Positions 33,000 to 42,970 of a stretch of DNA of 64,000 nucleotides are shown piece after piece. Position 1 is the stretch's first letter. Each line of letters starts with the position of its first letter. Below the pieces are notes generated by a model. That model worked only from the letters and a program-made list of their open reading frames with translations, was not told where the DNA came from and searched no databases. Made by a program: the position numbers and the translations under genes. The DNA is from an uncultured bacterium (GTDB lineage Bacteria; Actinomycetota; Acidimicrobiia; Spongiisociales; UBA5794). The stretch covers positions 128,001 to 192,000 of the forward strand of contig CAWDDT010000006.1 in assembly GCA_963801165.1 (NCBI GenBank), in the 5' to 3' direction.

Positions 33000-33916
33000 T
33001 CCGTGCCGCGTTTCTCGGTACCCCGGCGGCGGCGGTGCCGACGCTGGCCGCGTTGATGGAGGTTGCTGCGGTTGACTTCGTGGTTACCCAACCCGATCGA
33101 CCGAAAGGGCGGGGCCGCGCCCGGGAGGCATCTTCGGTCAAGGTTGCGGCCACGGAATGGGGGCTGCCGACATATCAGCCGCACACGGGCAGCGAGGTTT
33201 TCACACTGTTCGCATCGTCACGGGTCGATGTCGCCGTGGTGGTTGCTTACGGCCGCATTCTGGCACCGGAGGTTCTGGCGTCTGTGGAGCATGGCTTCGT
33301 CAACGTTCACTTCTCCCTGCTGCCCCGGTGGCGAGGCGCCGCTCCGGTCGAGCGAGCCATCCTGGCCGGCGACACGTACAGCGGGATCTCGCTCATGGTG
33401 CTCGACGCGGGGCTCGACACCGGCCCCGTGATCGGTGCGGTGGAGACAGAGATCGGCGAATACGAGACTGCAGGGGAGCTGACCGGCAGGTTGGCGGCGT
33501 TGGGTGCGGACGTGTTGCGCGATCACCTCGAGGACTACATACACGAGAAACTGCTGCCGGCCCGCCAGATGCAGACCGGCGCAGCGGTTGCCCCGCGTCT
33601 GACCACAGCGGAAGCCCGGCTCCACTGGACCCAGGGGCCGCGTGAGATCACCCGTGCGGTCCGTGCCTTCAACCCACGTCCTGGAGCGTGGATGGAGGGG
33701 GAGGGGACGCGGCTGAAGATCTTTGAGGTTGGCCCCACCTCCGCGTCCGTGCCGGCCGGGGAGATTCGCGTTATCGACGGAAGACCGATGCTCGGGGTCG
33801 ACGGCGGTGCGGTCGAGGTGATCGATATCCAGCAGGCCGGCAAGCCGCGTCTGAGCGGACGGGCATGGGCGAACGGGCGCAGAGGCGCCCGCATGCGGTT
33901 GGACGCCGGTGGGTGA
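32996..33916 (+). CDS. fmt: Methionyl-tRNA formyltransferase
   Basis: F.GTP, TQPDRP.GRG, NVHFSLLPRWRGAAP and LD.GLDTGP motifs. Confidence 0.96.
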   Translation: MIRAAFLGTPAAAVPTLAALMEVAAVDFVVTQPDRPKGRGRAREASSVKVAATEWGLPTYQPHTGSEVFTLFASSRVDVAVVVAYGRILAPEVLASVEHGFVNVHFSLLPRWRGAAPVERAILAGDTYSGISLMVLDAGLDTGPVIGAVETEIGEYETAGELTGRLAALGADVLRDHLEDYIHEKLLPARQMQTGAAVAPRLTTAEARLHWTQGPREITRAVRAFNPRPGAWMEGEGTRLKIFEVGPTSASVPAGEIRVIDGRPMLGVDGGAVEVIDIQQAGKPRLSGRAWANGRRGARMRLDAGG

Positions 33917-35138
33917 CCCGGCGAACACCCGGGCGCAGGCAGCGAGGATCCTGCTGCGTGTCAAGGACCACGGCGCATACTCGAATGTGATCCTGCCGGC
34001 AGCGACCAGGGATCTCGCCAGACCAGATCGCGCGTTCGTGTATCGGCTGGTCACCGATGCACTGCGACAGATACGCACGGCCGACGCCGTTGTCGAAGTC
34101 GCGGCGGTCCGGAGCACCGGCGACCTTGATGCCGAGGTCCTCTGCGTCCTGGAGATCGCCGTGGCCGAGCTGCTCGCGGCGGAGCCCGACGCCGTGTACG
34201 CCACCGTGAACGAGTCGGTCGAGGCGGTCAAGCAGCTGGGCAACCCGCGGGCGGCCGGTCTGGTCAACGCGGTGCTGCGCAGTGTGGCCCGCGACGGTGT
34301 GCCGGCATTTCCTGCAGACAAGGCGCGTGAGCTGTCGGTGCCCGAGTGGGTACTGGGAACGCTGACCGCCGACCACGGTCGGCAAACGGCACGGCTACTC
34401 CTCGCAGGCTTGCGTGAGGGGTCACCACCGATTGGGATCAGGGTACGGCCGGGGTGCGATGCCCCGGTGGGCGCTGCTCCGGTACCGGATGTGGCGGGTG
34501 CTTACACGCTGCGGGAGCTACCCGAGTCGCTCGACGGCCTCGTTGTCTCCGACGCTGCCTCAACCGCCGTCGTTCGCGCTTTGCGACCAACCAACGGAGA
34601 GCGGATTCTCGACATGGCTGCCGCCCCGGGGGGCAAAACGAGCGCGCTCTGGGACGACGCCGGGAAGGGGACGACGTTGGTCGCAATGGATGCCCATACC
34701 CGGCGTCTTCGTAGCGCCCGGCTGCGGATGGCGGAAATGGGGGTGGGAGCCGCCTGGGTGTTGGGAAGCGGTATCGCTGCCCCGTTTGGTGACGAGAGCT
34801 TCGACGCAGTGCTGGTCGACGCCCCATGTACGGGGCTGGGGACCCTGCGCCGGAGGCCGGAGATAGCGATGCGGCTCGCCGTCAAGCGGATGGAGGCCCT
34901 GGCTGACCGTCAGCGCGAGATGCTCGCCGAAGCCTGGCGAATCACAAGACCTGGTGGCCGAATTGTCTACTCGGTGTGCACTCTCTTTGCTGCCGAAACC
35001 GTCGATGTGGTCGCTGCGTACCCTGCCGCCCCGCCTCCCGGTCTGCCCGGTGCGGTGTGGGGCGCCGGTTTGCTCATGGCGCCACATCTCACCGGCACCG
35101 ACGGGATGTTCGTCTCGCTCATTCAACGGACGGGATAA
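33909..35138 (+). CDS. rsmB: 16S rRNA m5C967 methyltransferase (Sun/RsmB)
   Basis: NusB-like N-terminus (LVNAVLR), D.AAAPGGK, DAPCTG.G and YSVCT motifs. Confidence 0.92.
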   Translation: MGDPANTRAQAARILLRVKDHGAYSNVILPAATRDLARPDRAFVYRLVTDALRQIRTADAVVEVAAVRSTGDLDAEVLCVLEIAVAELLAAEPDAVYATVNESVEAVKQLGNPRAAGLVNAVLRSVARDGVPAFPADKARELSVPEWVLGTLTADHGRQTARLLLAGLREGSPPIGIRVRPGCDAPVGAAPVPDVAGAYTLRELPESLDGLVVSDAASTAVVRALRPTNGERILDMAAAPGGKTSALWDDAGKGTTLVAMDAHTRRLRSARLRMAEMGVGAAWVLGSGIAAPFGDESFDAVLVDAPCTGLGTLRRRPEIAMRLAVKRMEALADRQREMLAEAWRITRPGGRIVYSVCTLFAAETVDVVAAYPAAPPPGLPGAVWGAGLLMAPHLTGTDGMFVSLIQRTG

Positions 35139-35931
35139 CCACGTCGTCGAGATCGTCATCGGCTACCGGCCAACTCATGTCCAGCCCTTCGAGGGCAGCC
35201 ACGATGGTCTCGGCGACCACGATGTTGCGATACCACTTTCGGTCTGCCGGTACCACGTACCACGGAGCGCGCTCTGTGCTGGTTCTGTGGAGGACATCCT
35301 GGTACGCAGCCACATAGCGTGGCCACAGCTTGCGCTGATCCAGATCCGCCTTGTTGAACTTCCAGTTCTTCGTGGGATCGTCGAGGCGGGCCTGGAGCCG
35401 CTCGGCTTGCTCATCCGGTGAGATGTGAAGGAAGAACTTCAAGATCGTCGTGCCCTCATCGGTCAGGAGCTTCTCGAAGTTGTTGATGTGGTCGTAGCGG
35501 CGCTGCCAGCGCTGCTCCGGTACCAGGCCTAGTACACGGACGATGAGCACGTCCTCGTAGTGGCTTCGATTGAAGATGGTCAGGGACCCGGAGGCCGGGG
35601 CGTGTTGATGAACCCGCCACAAATAGTCGTGGCTCAGCTCTTCGGGAGACGGCGTCTTGAAGCTCTGTACGTTGATTCCCTGGGGATTGACGCCGGTGAA
35701 CACCTTGCGGATGGTCCCGTCCTTGCCACCCGTGTCCATGGCCTGAAGCACGATGAGTATCTTGTGACGGTCCTCCGCCCACAGCAGCCGCTGCAACCCG
35801 GCCAGACGCGTGCGCAACTCCGCCAGGTACTTCTGCCCCGCTTGCTTGTTGCCATCGAAGCCCGAGCGATCTGCCGGGTCCCAGGAGGTGAGATCGACCA
35901 CACGACCCGGTGTGACTCGGTATCTATCCAC
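35119..35931 (-). CDS. ppk2: Polyphosphate kinase 2 family protein (class III-like)
   Basis: LQAMDTGGKDGTI, FK.P..EEL.HDYLWR, FNRSHYEDVL and PWY.VPAD.KW.R motifs; GTG start at 35931 after GGAGG. Confidence 0.92.
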   Translation of the reverse strand: MDRYRVTPGRVVDLTSWDPADRSGFDGNKQAGQKYLAELRTRLAGLQRLLWAEDRHKILIVLQAMDTGGKDGTIRKVFTGVNPQGINVQSFKTPSPEELSHDYLWRVHQHAPASGSLTIFNRSHYEDVLIVRVLGLVPEQRWQRRYDHINNFEKLLTDEGTTILKFFLHISPDEQAERLQARLDDPTKNWKFNKADLDQRKLWPRYVAAYQDVLHRTSTERAPWYVVPADRKWYRNIVVAETIVAALEGLDMSWPVADDDLDDVVIPSVE

Positions 35932-36037
35932 GTGTCCTCCGATTGCGTACCCGTCGGACGTTACCGCAACGGTCGGCACGGCCGAAAGCCGAAACAGTGC
36001 CGCCGGTTGCGCCGCCGACGGGTTTATCCTGCCATCC

Positions 36038-36700
36038 GTGCACACTCTGATCGCTCCTTCGATCCTGGCCGCTGACTTTGCCCGGCTCGGCGATGAGGTA
36101 AATACGGTCGCGCCATACGTCGACCTCCTACACGTCGACGTTATGGACGGTCACTTCGTTCCAAACATCTCGTTGGGGATTCCGGTGATCCATTCGCTGC
36201 GGCGTGTCACGGCTCTCAAATTCGACTGCCACCTGATGATGCACAACGCGGATCGGTATTTCCCCGAGATCAAGGCAGCGGGAGCGGACCTGGTCTCCGT
36301 CCATCTCGAGGTGTACCCGGATCCACGGTCCACAGCCACGGCGGCACGGTCCGAAGGCCTAGAGTTCAGTGTCGCCATCAACCCGCCCACGGAGTTCTCC
36401 GCGCTGGAGCCCTTTCTCGAGATTTGCGACATGATCGTCATCATGTCGGTGCACCCGGGCTTCGGTGGTCAGTCCTTCATCGAGGATTCTCTCCGCAAAA
36501 TGGAGATCGCGAGGAAGTCTATTGAGTCGAAGGGGTTGGCAACCGATATAGAGGTCGACGGAGGCATCGGGGCCGCCAACATCAGGCGTGCTCGCGATGC
36601 GGGAGCGAACGTCTTTGTGGCGGGAAGCTCGGTGTTTGGCAAAGAAGATTCCGTGAAGGCGGTGCAGCGGTTGCGCAGCGAGATCGAGAGTAGCGAATGA
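36038..36700 (+). CDS. rpe: Ribulose-phosphate 3-epimerase
   Basis: IAPSILAADF, HVDVMDGHFVPN, MSVHPGFGGQ.F and VDGG motifs. Confidence 0.96.
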   Translation: MHTLIAPSILAADFARLGDEVNTVAPYVDLLHVDVMDGHFVPNISLGIPVIHSLRRVTALKFDCHLMMHNADRYFPEIKAAGADLVSVHLEVYPDPRSTATAARSEGLEFSVAINPPTEFSALEPFLEICDMIVIMSVHPGFGGQSFIEDSLRKMEIARKSIESKGLATDIEVDGGIGAANIRRARDAGANVFVAGSSVFGKEDSVKAVQRLRSEIESSE

Positions 36701-37623
36701 AGGACCGAATCCTGGTCGTGGACGACGATCCGGACATTCTCCAGTTCGTCGAGATGAACCTCGACATGGAGGGGTTCGAGACCCACACCGCCGAAGGTGG
36801 ACGGGTTGCCCTCGAGATCGCAAGGGAGCGGCCGCCCGATCTCATCCTGCTCGACGTCATGATGCCGGAGCTCGACGGGCTCACCGTGTTGCGCCGACTC
36901 CGGTCCAGCCCGGCGACGGCGAGCATCCCGGTTGTGTTGCTGACCGCCAAGGCGTTGGCCGAGGACCGGGTGCGCGGGCTCGACCTGGGCGCAGATGACT
37001 ACATCACCAAGCCGTTCGACATCGAAGAGCTGCTGGCCAGGGTCAAAGCTGTGCTGCGTCGGGCTCAGCAGATGCGCGATCTTTCGCCATTGACCGGTCT
37101 GCCCGGCAACTTCCGTATTTCCCGCGAGCTCGAGTCACGCGTATCGGGTGGGACTGAGTTCGCCATCGTCCACGCCGACCTCGACAACTTCAAGTCGTTC
37201 AATGATCACTACGGATTCATGCGAGGCGACTCGGTCATCAAGTACACGGCCAGGGTCCTGCTGGATGCCGCAGAGGCGAGTGGCGATCCCGAGGTGTTTG
37301 TCGGTCACGTCGGTGGTGACGACTTCGTCGCGGTCATCGACCCTACGTTTGTCGAAGAGTTCTGCAAGGTCGTGGTGACAACGTTCGATCACGGAATTCT
37401 CGACTTCTACGACACGGCCGATGCCCTTCAGGGATACATCGAGGTATCCGACCGCAAGGGGGAGCGGCACGCTTTCCCGATCTCCTCGATCTCGATGGGC
37501 GTCGCCACAAACACCAAACGCCCGGTGAAGTCAGAATGGGAAGCCTCGGCGATTGCTTCGGAGATGAAGGAATACGCCAAACGGCAGCCGGGCTCGTCCT
37601 ACCAGATCGACCGCCGCGCCTGA
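36697..37623 (+). CDS. Response regulator with a GGDEF-like (GGDDF) output domain
   Basis: REC domain (VVDDD, LLDVMMP, KPF) followed by LTGLPGN, DLDNFK.FND.YG..GD and GHVGGDDF. Confidence 0.9.
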   Translation: MKDRILVVDDDPDILQFVEMNLDMEGFETHTAEGGRVALEIARERPPDLILLDVMMPELDGLTVLRRLRSSPATASIPVVLLTAKALAEDRVRGLDLGADDYITKPFDIEELLARVKAVLRRAQQMRDLSPLTGLPGNFRISRELESRVSGGTEFAIVHADLDNFKSFNDHYGFMRGDSVIKYTARVLLDAAEASGDPEVFVGHVGGDDFVAVIDPTFVEEFCKVVVTTFDHGILDFYDTADALQGYIEVSDRKGERHAFPISSISMGVATNTKRPVKSEWEASAIASEMKEYAKRQPGSSYQIDRRA

Positions 37624-37825
37624 GTTTCGATCGGTGGATTAGGCAGGAGCGATCGCTCGATCACGCCTTGGAATCCGACGCGTAGCTGCGTCGTCGACTC
37701 CACTCAAACTGTCGATGCGGCCATCGCGCGGTCTGTAACGGGGGATCGAACCTGACCGGGCGCCGGCCATTTCCATCGATGGGAATCGGAAGCTCCCACC
37801 CCGCGTTAAACTCCGTATACAAGAA

Positions 37826-37946
37826 ATAGCCCCCTTCAGGGCAGGGTGAAATTCCCGACCGGCGGTGAAAGCCCGCGACCCCCAATTTGGGGTGGACCCG
37901 GTGGAACTCCGGAGCCGACGGTGAGAGTCCGGATGGGAGAAGGAGG
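37826..37946 (+). ncRNA. FMN riboswitch (RFN element)
   Basis: CTTCAGGGCAGGGTGAAATTCCCGACCGGCGGT...AGCCCGCGA...GACCCGGTGGAACTCCGGAGCCGACGGT...AGTCCGGATGGGAGAAG, upstream of the rib operon. Confidence 0.96.
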
Positions 37947-37950
37947 GCGT

Positions 37951-39072
37951 GTGTCGAGACGCGCATTGTCCGACAACCGAGCCCGGGCCGCAGGTCCGGG
38001 AGATGCTGCGACCGTCGCGGACGGTGCGCCTGACGCGCTATTCATGCAACGCGCCGTCGATCTTGCCCGACCCGAGCAGCCACACCCCAACCCGCGCGTT
38101 GGTGCCGTGATCGTAGACAGCACCGGTCAACTCATCGCCGAAGGAGCTCACGTCCGCGCCGGGGAGCCCCACGCCGAAGCGATTGCCCTGGCCCGGGCAG
38201 GGGTGCGCGCCGCCGGGTCCACCGTGTACGTGACCCTGGAGCCGTGCTCGCACTACGGCCGCACCCCACCGTGTACTTCCGCTCTCGTTGCCGCCGGGGT
38301 ACGGCGGGTTGTTGTCGGTTCCGTTGACCCCGACCGACGGGTGCGGGGGAGCGGAGTTGACGAGCTGCGGTCCGCCGGGATCGATGTGGCGACTGGGGTG
38401 CTTGCCGATGAGGTCGAGGCGATGGATCCCGGCTATTTCCATCACAGGAGAACCGGCCGTCCCCTGGTCACGCTGAAGCTGGCCATCACTCTCGACGGCC
38501 AACTGGCCGCCGCCGACGGGACGTCGCAGTGGATCACCGGCGAAGCAGCCAGGCACGACGCACATCGGTTACGCGCTGATTCGGATGTCATCATCGTCGG
38601 AGCGGGAACGGTACACGCCGACAATCCCCGGCTCGATGTCAGGCTCGACGGCTACCGCGGGCGCCACCCCCGCCCGGTGGTCGTCGCCGGGACTCGACCC
38701 CTTCCCACCGGCGCGACCGTGCTGACGCACGATCCGCTCGTGTACTCACCGCGGCCGGTGGCAATCGCGGTCGAGCACGTCGTGCAAGACCGCGATGGCA
38801 AAGTGGATATCGGCGCCATGATCGAGGATCTGGGTAACCGGGGCTACGTAACCGCGCTGGTCGAGGGTGGGGCGCAGCTGGCCGATGCCATGGTTCGCGG
38901 CGGCCACGTCGACCGCATCGTCTTCTATATAGCTGCCAAGCTCGGTCTAGGTGTCGGGCTGCCGGCATTCCCCGGGGTCTTCGCCACAGTCACCGACGCA
39001 CTCCCGCTGGTCGTCGATTCCGTGCGACAGGTAGGCGACGACCTGCGTATCGAGACAAAGGTAGGCCGCTGA
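37951..39072 (+). CDS. ribD: Riboflavin biosynthesis deaminase/reductase
   Basis: PNPRVGAV, HAE, TLEPC.H.GRTPPC, K.A.TLDG and VEGG motifs. Start is 37951 (GTG) or 38044 (ATG). Confidence 0.93.
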   Translation: MSRRALSDNRARAAGPGDAATVADGAPDALFMQRAVDLARPEQPHPNPRVGAVIVDSTGQLIAEGAHVRAGEPHAEAIALARAGVRAAGSTVYVTLEPCSHYGRTPPCTSALVAAGVRRVVVGSVDPDRRVRGSGVDELRSAGIDVATGVLADEVEAMDPGYFHHRRTGRPLVTLKLAITLDGQLAAADGTSQWITGEAARHDAHRLRADSDVIIVGAGTVHADNPRLDVRLDGYRGRHPRPVVVAGTRPLPTGATVLTHDPLVYSPRPVAIAVEHVVQDRDGKVDIGAMIEDLGNRGYVTALVEGGAQLADAMVRGGHVDRIVFYIAAKLGLGVGLPAFPGVFATVTDALPLVVDSVRQVGDDLRIETKVGR

Positions 39073-39662
39073 TGTTCACAGGCATTGTGGAGGCTATGGG
39101 CGAGGTCCAAGCAGTCGAGGAGACCGAAACGGGGCGTCGTCTCGAAATCGTCGAGCCGCACGTGTTGGCCGACATCGCCATCGGCGACTCGGTCGCAGTC
39201 AACGGTGTCTGTCTCACAGCCGTCCGGGCGGGCGCAGGGTCGATGACGGTTGAGGTCGTCCAGGAGTCTCTGGATCGCACCAGTCTCGGCAGCGTCGCTC
39301 CCGGGACCCGGGTCAACATCGAACGACCCATGCCGGCATCCGGTCGGTTCGATGGTCACATTGTCCAGGGCCACGTCGACGGGGTCGGAGAAGTGGTGGT
39401 GATCGAGCCCGAGGGGGAGGCGCGCCGGGTGCGCGTTGCGGTGCCCGATGAGTTGGCCAGGTACATAGTCGAGAAAGGCTCGATAACCGTAGATGGGGTC
39501 AGCCTGACCGTGACAGCCGTCGGGCCGGACGCATGGTTCGAGATCGTTCTCATCCCCCACACTCTCGAGGTGACGGTGCTGGGGGGTCGACGGCTCGGGG
39601 ATCTAGTGAACCTCGAAGTCGACGTTCTTGCGAAATACGTGGAAAGGCTGATGGTTAAGTGA
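39072..39662 (+). CDS. ribE: Riboflavin synthase alpha chain
   Basis: [28 protein letters not shown] and [12 protein letters not shown] motifs. Confidence 0.95.
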   Translation: MFTGIVEAMGEVQAVEETETGRRLEIVEPHVLADIAIGDSVAVNGVCLTAVRAGAGSMTVEVVQESLDRTSLGSVAPGTRVNIERPMPASGRFDGHIVQGHVDGVGEVVVIEPEGEARRVRVAVPDELARYIVEKGSITVDGVSLTVTAVGPDAWFEIVLIPHTLEVTVLGGRRLGDLVNLEVDVLAKYVERLMVK

Positions 39663-40873
39663 ATACGGCAAGCGTTGCTGAGGCTTTGGAGGCGATGGCC
39701 GCGGGTGATTTCGTCCTCGTGGTCGATGACGAGGATCGGGAGAACGAGGGAGACCTGATCATCGCTGCGGAGAAAGTCACCCCGGAGAAGGTTGCGTTCA
39801 TGGTCCGCCACACCAGCGGACTGATCTGTCTGCCGACCATCGGGGAGCGGCTCGACGAGCTCGGGCTGCCGCTGATGGTTCTCGAGAACACCGACTCCCA
39901 CAAGACGGCATTCACGGTCTCGGTCGATGCGGTCGGCCGCACCACAACCGGAATCTCAGCCGCGGACCGGGCTGCCACCATCGGAGCAGTCGTCGATCCT
40001 GCTACCGGTCCCCGTGATCTGGCAAGGCCGGGTCACATATTCCCGCTCCGCTATCGCGAAGGCGGGGTCCTCATCCGGCCCGGCCACACCGAGGCGGCGG
40101 TCGATCTGGCCAGGCTTGCGGGCCTGTTCCCGGCAGGTGTGTTGTGCGAGGTGGTCAGGGACGACGGCGCGATGGCGCGGGGTGGGGACCTGGTCCGCTT
40201 CTCCGAAGAACACGATATCCCTTTGATCACGATCGAAGACCTCATCAAGTACCGCTGGCGCAACGAGGCGCTCGTCACCCGTCAGGTCGAGACGACACTT
40301 CCCACGGCTCACGGCACCTTCCGGGCGTACGGCTACCAGTCCGAAGTCGACGGCTCCGAGTTGGTGGCTCTCGTCCTGGGCGAAGTCGCCGGTGCCGAGT
40401 CGGTCCTGACACGGGTGCACTCGCGTTGCCTCACCGGGGATGTCTTTGGAAGCAGACGTTGCGACTGTGGGCCACAACTCGACGCCGCCATGGCCCGCAT
40501 CGCCAGGGAGGGCGCTGGAGTCATCACCTACAACGAGTCCCATGAGGGCCGTGGCATCGGGCTGCTGGCCAAGCTGCGCGCATACCGGTTGCAGGACGAA
40601 GGGCGGGATACCGTCGACGCCAACCTCGAGCTCGGGCTGCCGGTAGACGCGCGCCACTTCGCCGTGGAGGCGCAGATCCTCAACGATCTCAAGGTCTCGA
40701 GTGTGCGCTTGCTGACCAACAACCCGCTCAAGATCGATTCGTTGCGCGAATTCGGGGTCGAGGTTGTCGACCGTGAGCCGCTGGTGGCCGGCGTCAATGG
40801 AGACAACAAGGAGTACATGACGGCGAAGGTCGACCGGCTGGGCCACCTGGTCGGGCACCAGGAGCTCGAGTGA
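39659..40873 (+). CDS. ribBA: DHBP synthase / GTP cyclohydrolase II
   Basis: [38 protein letters not shown] and EGRGIGL motifs. Confidence 0.96.
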   Translation: MNTASVAEALEAMAAGDFVLVVDDEDRENEGDLIIAAEKVTPEKVAFMVRHTSGLICLPTIGERLDELGLPLMVLENTDSHKTAFTVSVDAVGRTTTGISAADRAATIGAVVDPATGPRDLARPGHIFPLRYREGGVLIRPGHTEAAVDLARLAGLFPAGVLCEVVRDDGAMARGGDLVRFSEEHDIPLITIEDLIKYRWRNEALVTRQVETTLPTAHGTFRAYGYQSEVDGSELVALVLGEVAGAESVLTRVHSRCLTGDVFGSRRCDCGPQLDAAMARIAREGAGVITYNESHEGRGIGLLAKLRAYRLQDEGRDTVDANLELGLPVDARHFAVEAQILNDLKVSSVRLLTNNPLKIDSLREFGVEVVDREPLVAGVNGDNKEYMTAKVDRLGHLVGHQELE

Positions 40874-41343
40874 TGAGCGAGGGAATGCCGTTGCGCATCC
40901 ACGACGGGCATGGGATCCGCGTTGCCGTAGCCAGAGCGCGCTACAACGACCACATCACATCAGGTCTCCTTGCGGGTGCCGAGGAGTATCTCCAGGCAGC
41001 GGGTGCGGAATACGACGTGTACGAGGTGCCGGGCGCATTCGAGCTGCCGCTGCTCTGCGCCGAGCTCGCCGATGGGGAATACGACGCGGTCATCGCCCTG
41101 GGGGCGGTGATCAACGGCGAGACAGACCACTACGAACACGTGGCCGGGCGCGCATCAGAGGGTTTGATGCGAGTGGCGTTGCAGAGCCGCAAGCCCGTTA
41201 TGTTTGGTGTGCTGACCGTCCAAGCGGAGGCGCACGCGATCGCACGGAGCCAACCTGGCCCTGGCAACAAGGGCGCCGAAGCGGCAGCGGCGGCCATTGA
41301 GACAGTGCTTGTGATACGAAACATCCCGGTCCGTCAGCTCTAG
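40873..41343 (+). CDS. ribH: 6,7-dimethyl-8-ribityllumazine synthase
   Basis: VPGAFELP, LGAVI.GET.HY, FGVLT and NKG.EAA motifs. Confidence 0.95.
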   Translation: MSEGMPLRIHDGHGIRVAVARARYNDHITSGLLAGAEEYLQAAGAEYDVYEVPGAFELPLLCAELADGEYDAVIALGAVINGETDHYEHVAGRASEGLMRVALQSRKPVMFGVLTVQAEAHAIARSQPGPGNKGAEAAAAAIETVLVIRNIPVRQL

Positions 41344-41368
41344 ACGACGTCGGGTAGGCCCGGCCGTA

Positions 41369-41396
41369 TTGACTGCGCCGGTCGCCCACGTATAAT
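41369..41396 (+). promoter_or_regulatory. Housekeeping-sigma promoter of infC-rpmI-rplT
   Basis: TTGACT (41369-74), a 16-bp spacer, then TATAAT (41391-96). Confidence 0.7.
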
Positions 41397-41449
41397 CCTG
41401 CCCAGCCGGGCCCCGAGGTCGGCTGTCCCTGCTCGTCGAGGGACGACAA

Positions 41450-41545
41450 CCGACGCAAGCGGAGGCGCCTGCTTCCCACCCGGCCACGATTTGACGTGAG
41501 CCTGAGGTAGACCCGAGGCAGCACCGTTTGTGCTGCCTTTGTTTG
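41450..41545 (+). promoter_or_regulatory. Probable L20-binding leader RNA upstream of infC
   Basis: CAAGCGGAGGCGCCTGCTTCCCACC resembles the AAG.AGAAGCACCCGCUUCUCACC core of the Firmicutes L20 leader; sits in the same position before infC. Confidence 0.55.
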
Positions 41546-41616
41546 TGTCGGCACTAGCAACGATCAACAACCAGAACGACAAACAACCAGAACGATGAAC
41601 AACAGGAGGTTTCCCC

Positions 41617-42375
41617 ATCGCCAACGAACCTAGGGTGAACGAGCGTATTCGGGCCAAGGAGGTTCGGCTCGTTGACAGCAATGGCGGTCAGGTCGGAATC
41701 AAGGCCATTGAAGAAGCCCGGTGGCTGGCCGACCAGCTCGGTCTCGATCTGGTCGAGGTTGCCCCGGATGCCCGACCCCCGGTGGTCCGTCTCATGGACT
41801 ACGGCAAGTTCAAGTATGAGGCTTCGGTAAAGGCACGCGAAGCCCGTAAGAACCAGAGCAAGACGGTAATCAAGGAAGTCCAGTTCCGACCCAAAATCGC
41901 TTCGTCCGACTTTGACGTGAAGCGGAAGCGGGTGGAGAAGTTCCTGCGAAGCGGCGACAAAGTGAAGGTCGTGATGCGCTTCCGGGGACGGGAGGTCACA
42001 CACCCCGAGTTGGGGCGCGACATCCTGCGGAGGCTCGAGGACGCCGTCGAGGACTTCGGGCTGGTTGAGGCGAACCCCAGGCTTGATGGCCGCCAGATGA
42101 CGATGGTGTTGGCGCCAATACGGAGACAGCGATCCGGTGATGGAGGGTCGCGGTCGCACCCAGCGGCGGAGACGGACGACACCGAAATGACCGATGTGAC
42201 CGACTACACCGATGTGGCGGATGTCACCGATATCGCCGAAGTGGCGGATGTCACCGAAGTGGACGATGTCACTGACGTCACCGATGTGGACGATGTCACC
42301 GATGTGGACGATGTCACCGATGTGGACGATGTCGCCGATGTGGACGATGGCGAAACCGAGCCCGAAGAGGAGTAG
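41617..42375 (+). CDS. infC: Translation initiation factor IF-3 (ATC start; acidic repeat tail)
   Basis: GGAGG at 41605, then in-frame ATC at 41617 giving (I)ANEPRVNERIR. LDLVEVAP.A.PPV and MRFRGRE motifs. Confidence 0.93.
   Translation: MANEPRVNERIRAKEVRLVDSNGGQVGIKAIEEARWLADQLGLDLVEVAPDARPPVVRLMDYGKFKYEASVKAREARKNQSKTVIKEVQFRPKIASSDFDVKRKRVEKFLRSGDKVKVVMRFRGREVTHPELGRDILRRLEDAVEDFGLVEANPRLDGRQMTMVLAPIRRQRSGDGGSRSHPAAETDDTEMTDVTDYTDVADVTDIAEVADVTEVDDVTDVTDVDDVTDVDDVTDVDDVADVDDGETEPEEE
42175..42350 (+). repeat. 9/18-bp tandem repeat encoding (DVT/DVD/DVA)n in the IF3 tail
   Basis: Repeated gatgtcaccgatgtggac units. Confidence 0.9.
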
Positions 42376-42381
42376 GAACAA

Positions 42382-42576
42382 GTGCCCAAGCAGAAAACTC
42401 ACAGAGGCGCCGCCAAGCGCTACAAAGTGACCGGTACCGGCAAGATCCGGCACCAGAAGGCCTGGCGCGGGCACAACCGACACACCAAGTCGGCGACCCG
42501 GTGGCGCCGTCTTGATGGTGAGGACACGTTGACCGGCAAGGACGCCAAGCGCGCCGCCCGGCTTCTCGGTCGCTAG
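42382..42576 (+). CDS. rpmI: 50S ribosomal protein L35
   Basis: [19 protein letters not shown]. Confidence 0.96.
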   Translation: MPKQKTHRGAAKRYKVTGTGKIRHQKAWRGHNRHTKSATRWRRLDGEDTLTGKDAKRAARLLGR

Positions 42577-42590
42577 GAGGTCACCAGACA

Positions 42591-42947
42591 ATGGCAAGAG
42601 TGAAACGCGCGGTGAACGCGCACAAGAAGCGCCGCAAACTCATGGATAAGGCCTCGGGCTACACGGGGGCACGGAGCCGCCGTTATCGCACCGCGCGAGA
42701 GCAGACCCTGAACTCGGGGCAATATGCCTACCGTGATCGTAGGGCGCGCAAGGGTGAGTTCCGCCGGCTGTGGATTCAGCGGATCAACGCCGCCGCCAGA
42801 CAGAACGGCACTACCTACTCGCAGTTGATCGCCGGATTGAAGGCCGCCGAGGTCGAGGTGGATCGCAAGATGCTCGCCGACATGGCGGTCAACGATCCCG
42901 AATCATTCACCCAGCTGGTAGAACTGTCCCAGGCCGTGAACGCGTAG
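42591..42947 (+). CDS. rplT: 50S ribosomal protein L20
   Basis: MARVKR, YAYRDRR.RK.EFR.LWI.RINAA and DRK.LA motifs. Confidence 0.97.
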   Translation: MARVKRAVNAHKKRRKLMDKASGYTGARSRRYRTAREQTLNSGQYAYRDRRARKGEFRRLWIQRINAAARQNGTTYSQLIAGLKAAEVEVDRKMLADMAVNDPESFTQLVELSQAVNA

Positions 42948-42970
42948 AGACTCTCCCGGGGGAAGCGAAC

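Noticed and set aside
37624-37820. Possible second structured RNA upstream of the FMN riboswitch
   Set aside because: Only short palindromes (gagcgatcgctc and similar) were seen, with no recognisable riboswitch consensus.
41554-42597. 347-aa minus-strand ORF with IVHIGD repeats
   Set aside because: It is the antisense shadow of infC/rpmI and the IF3 tail repeat.
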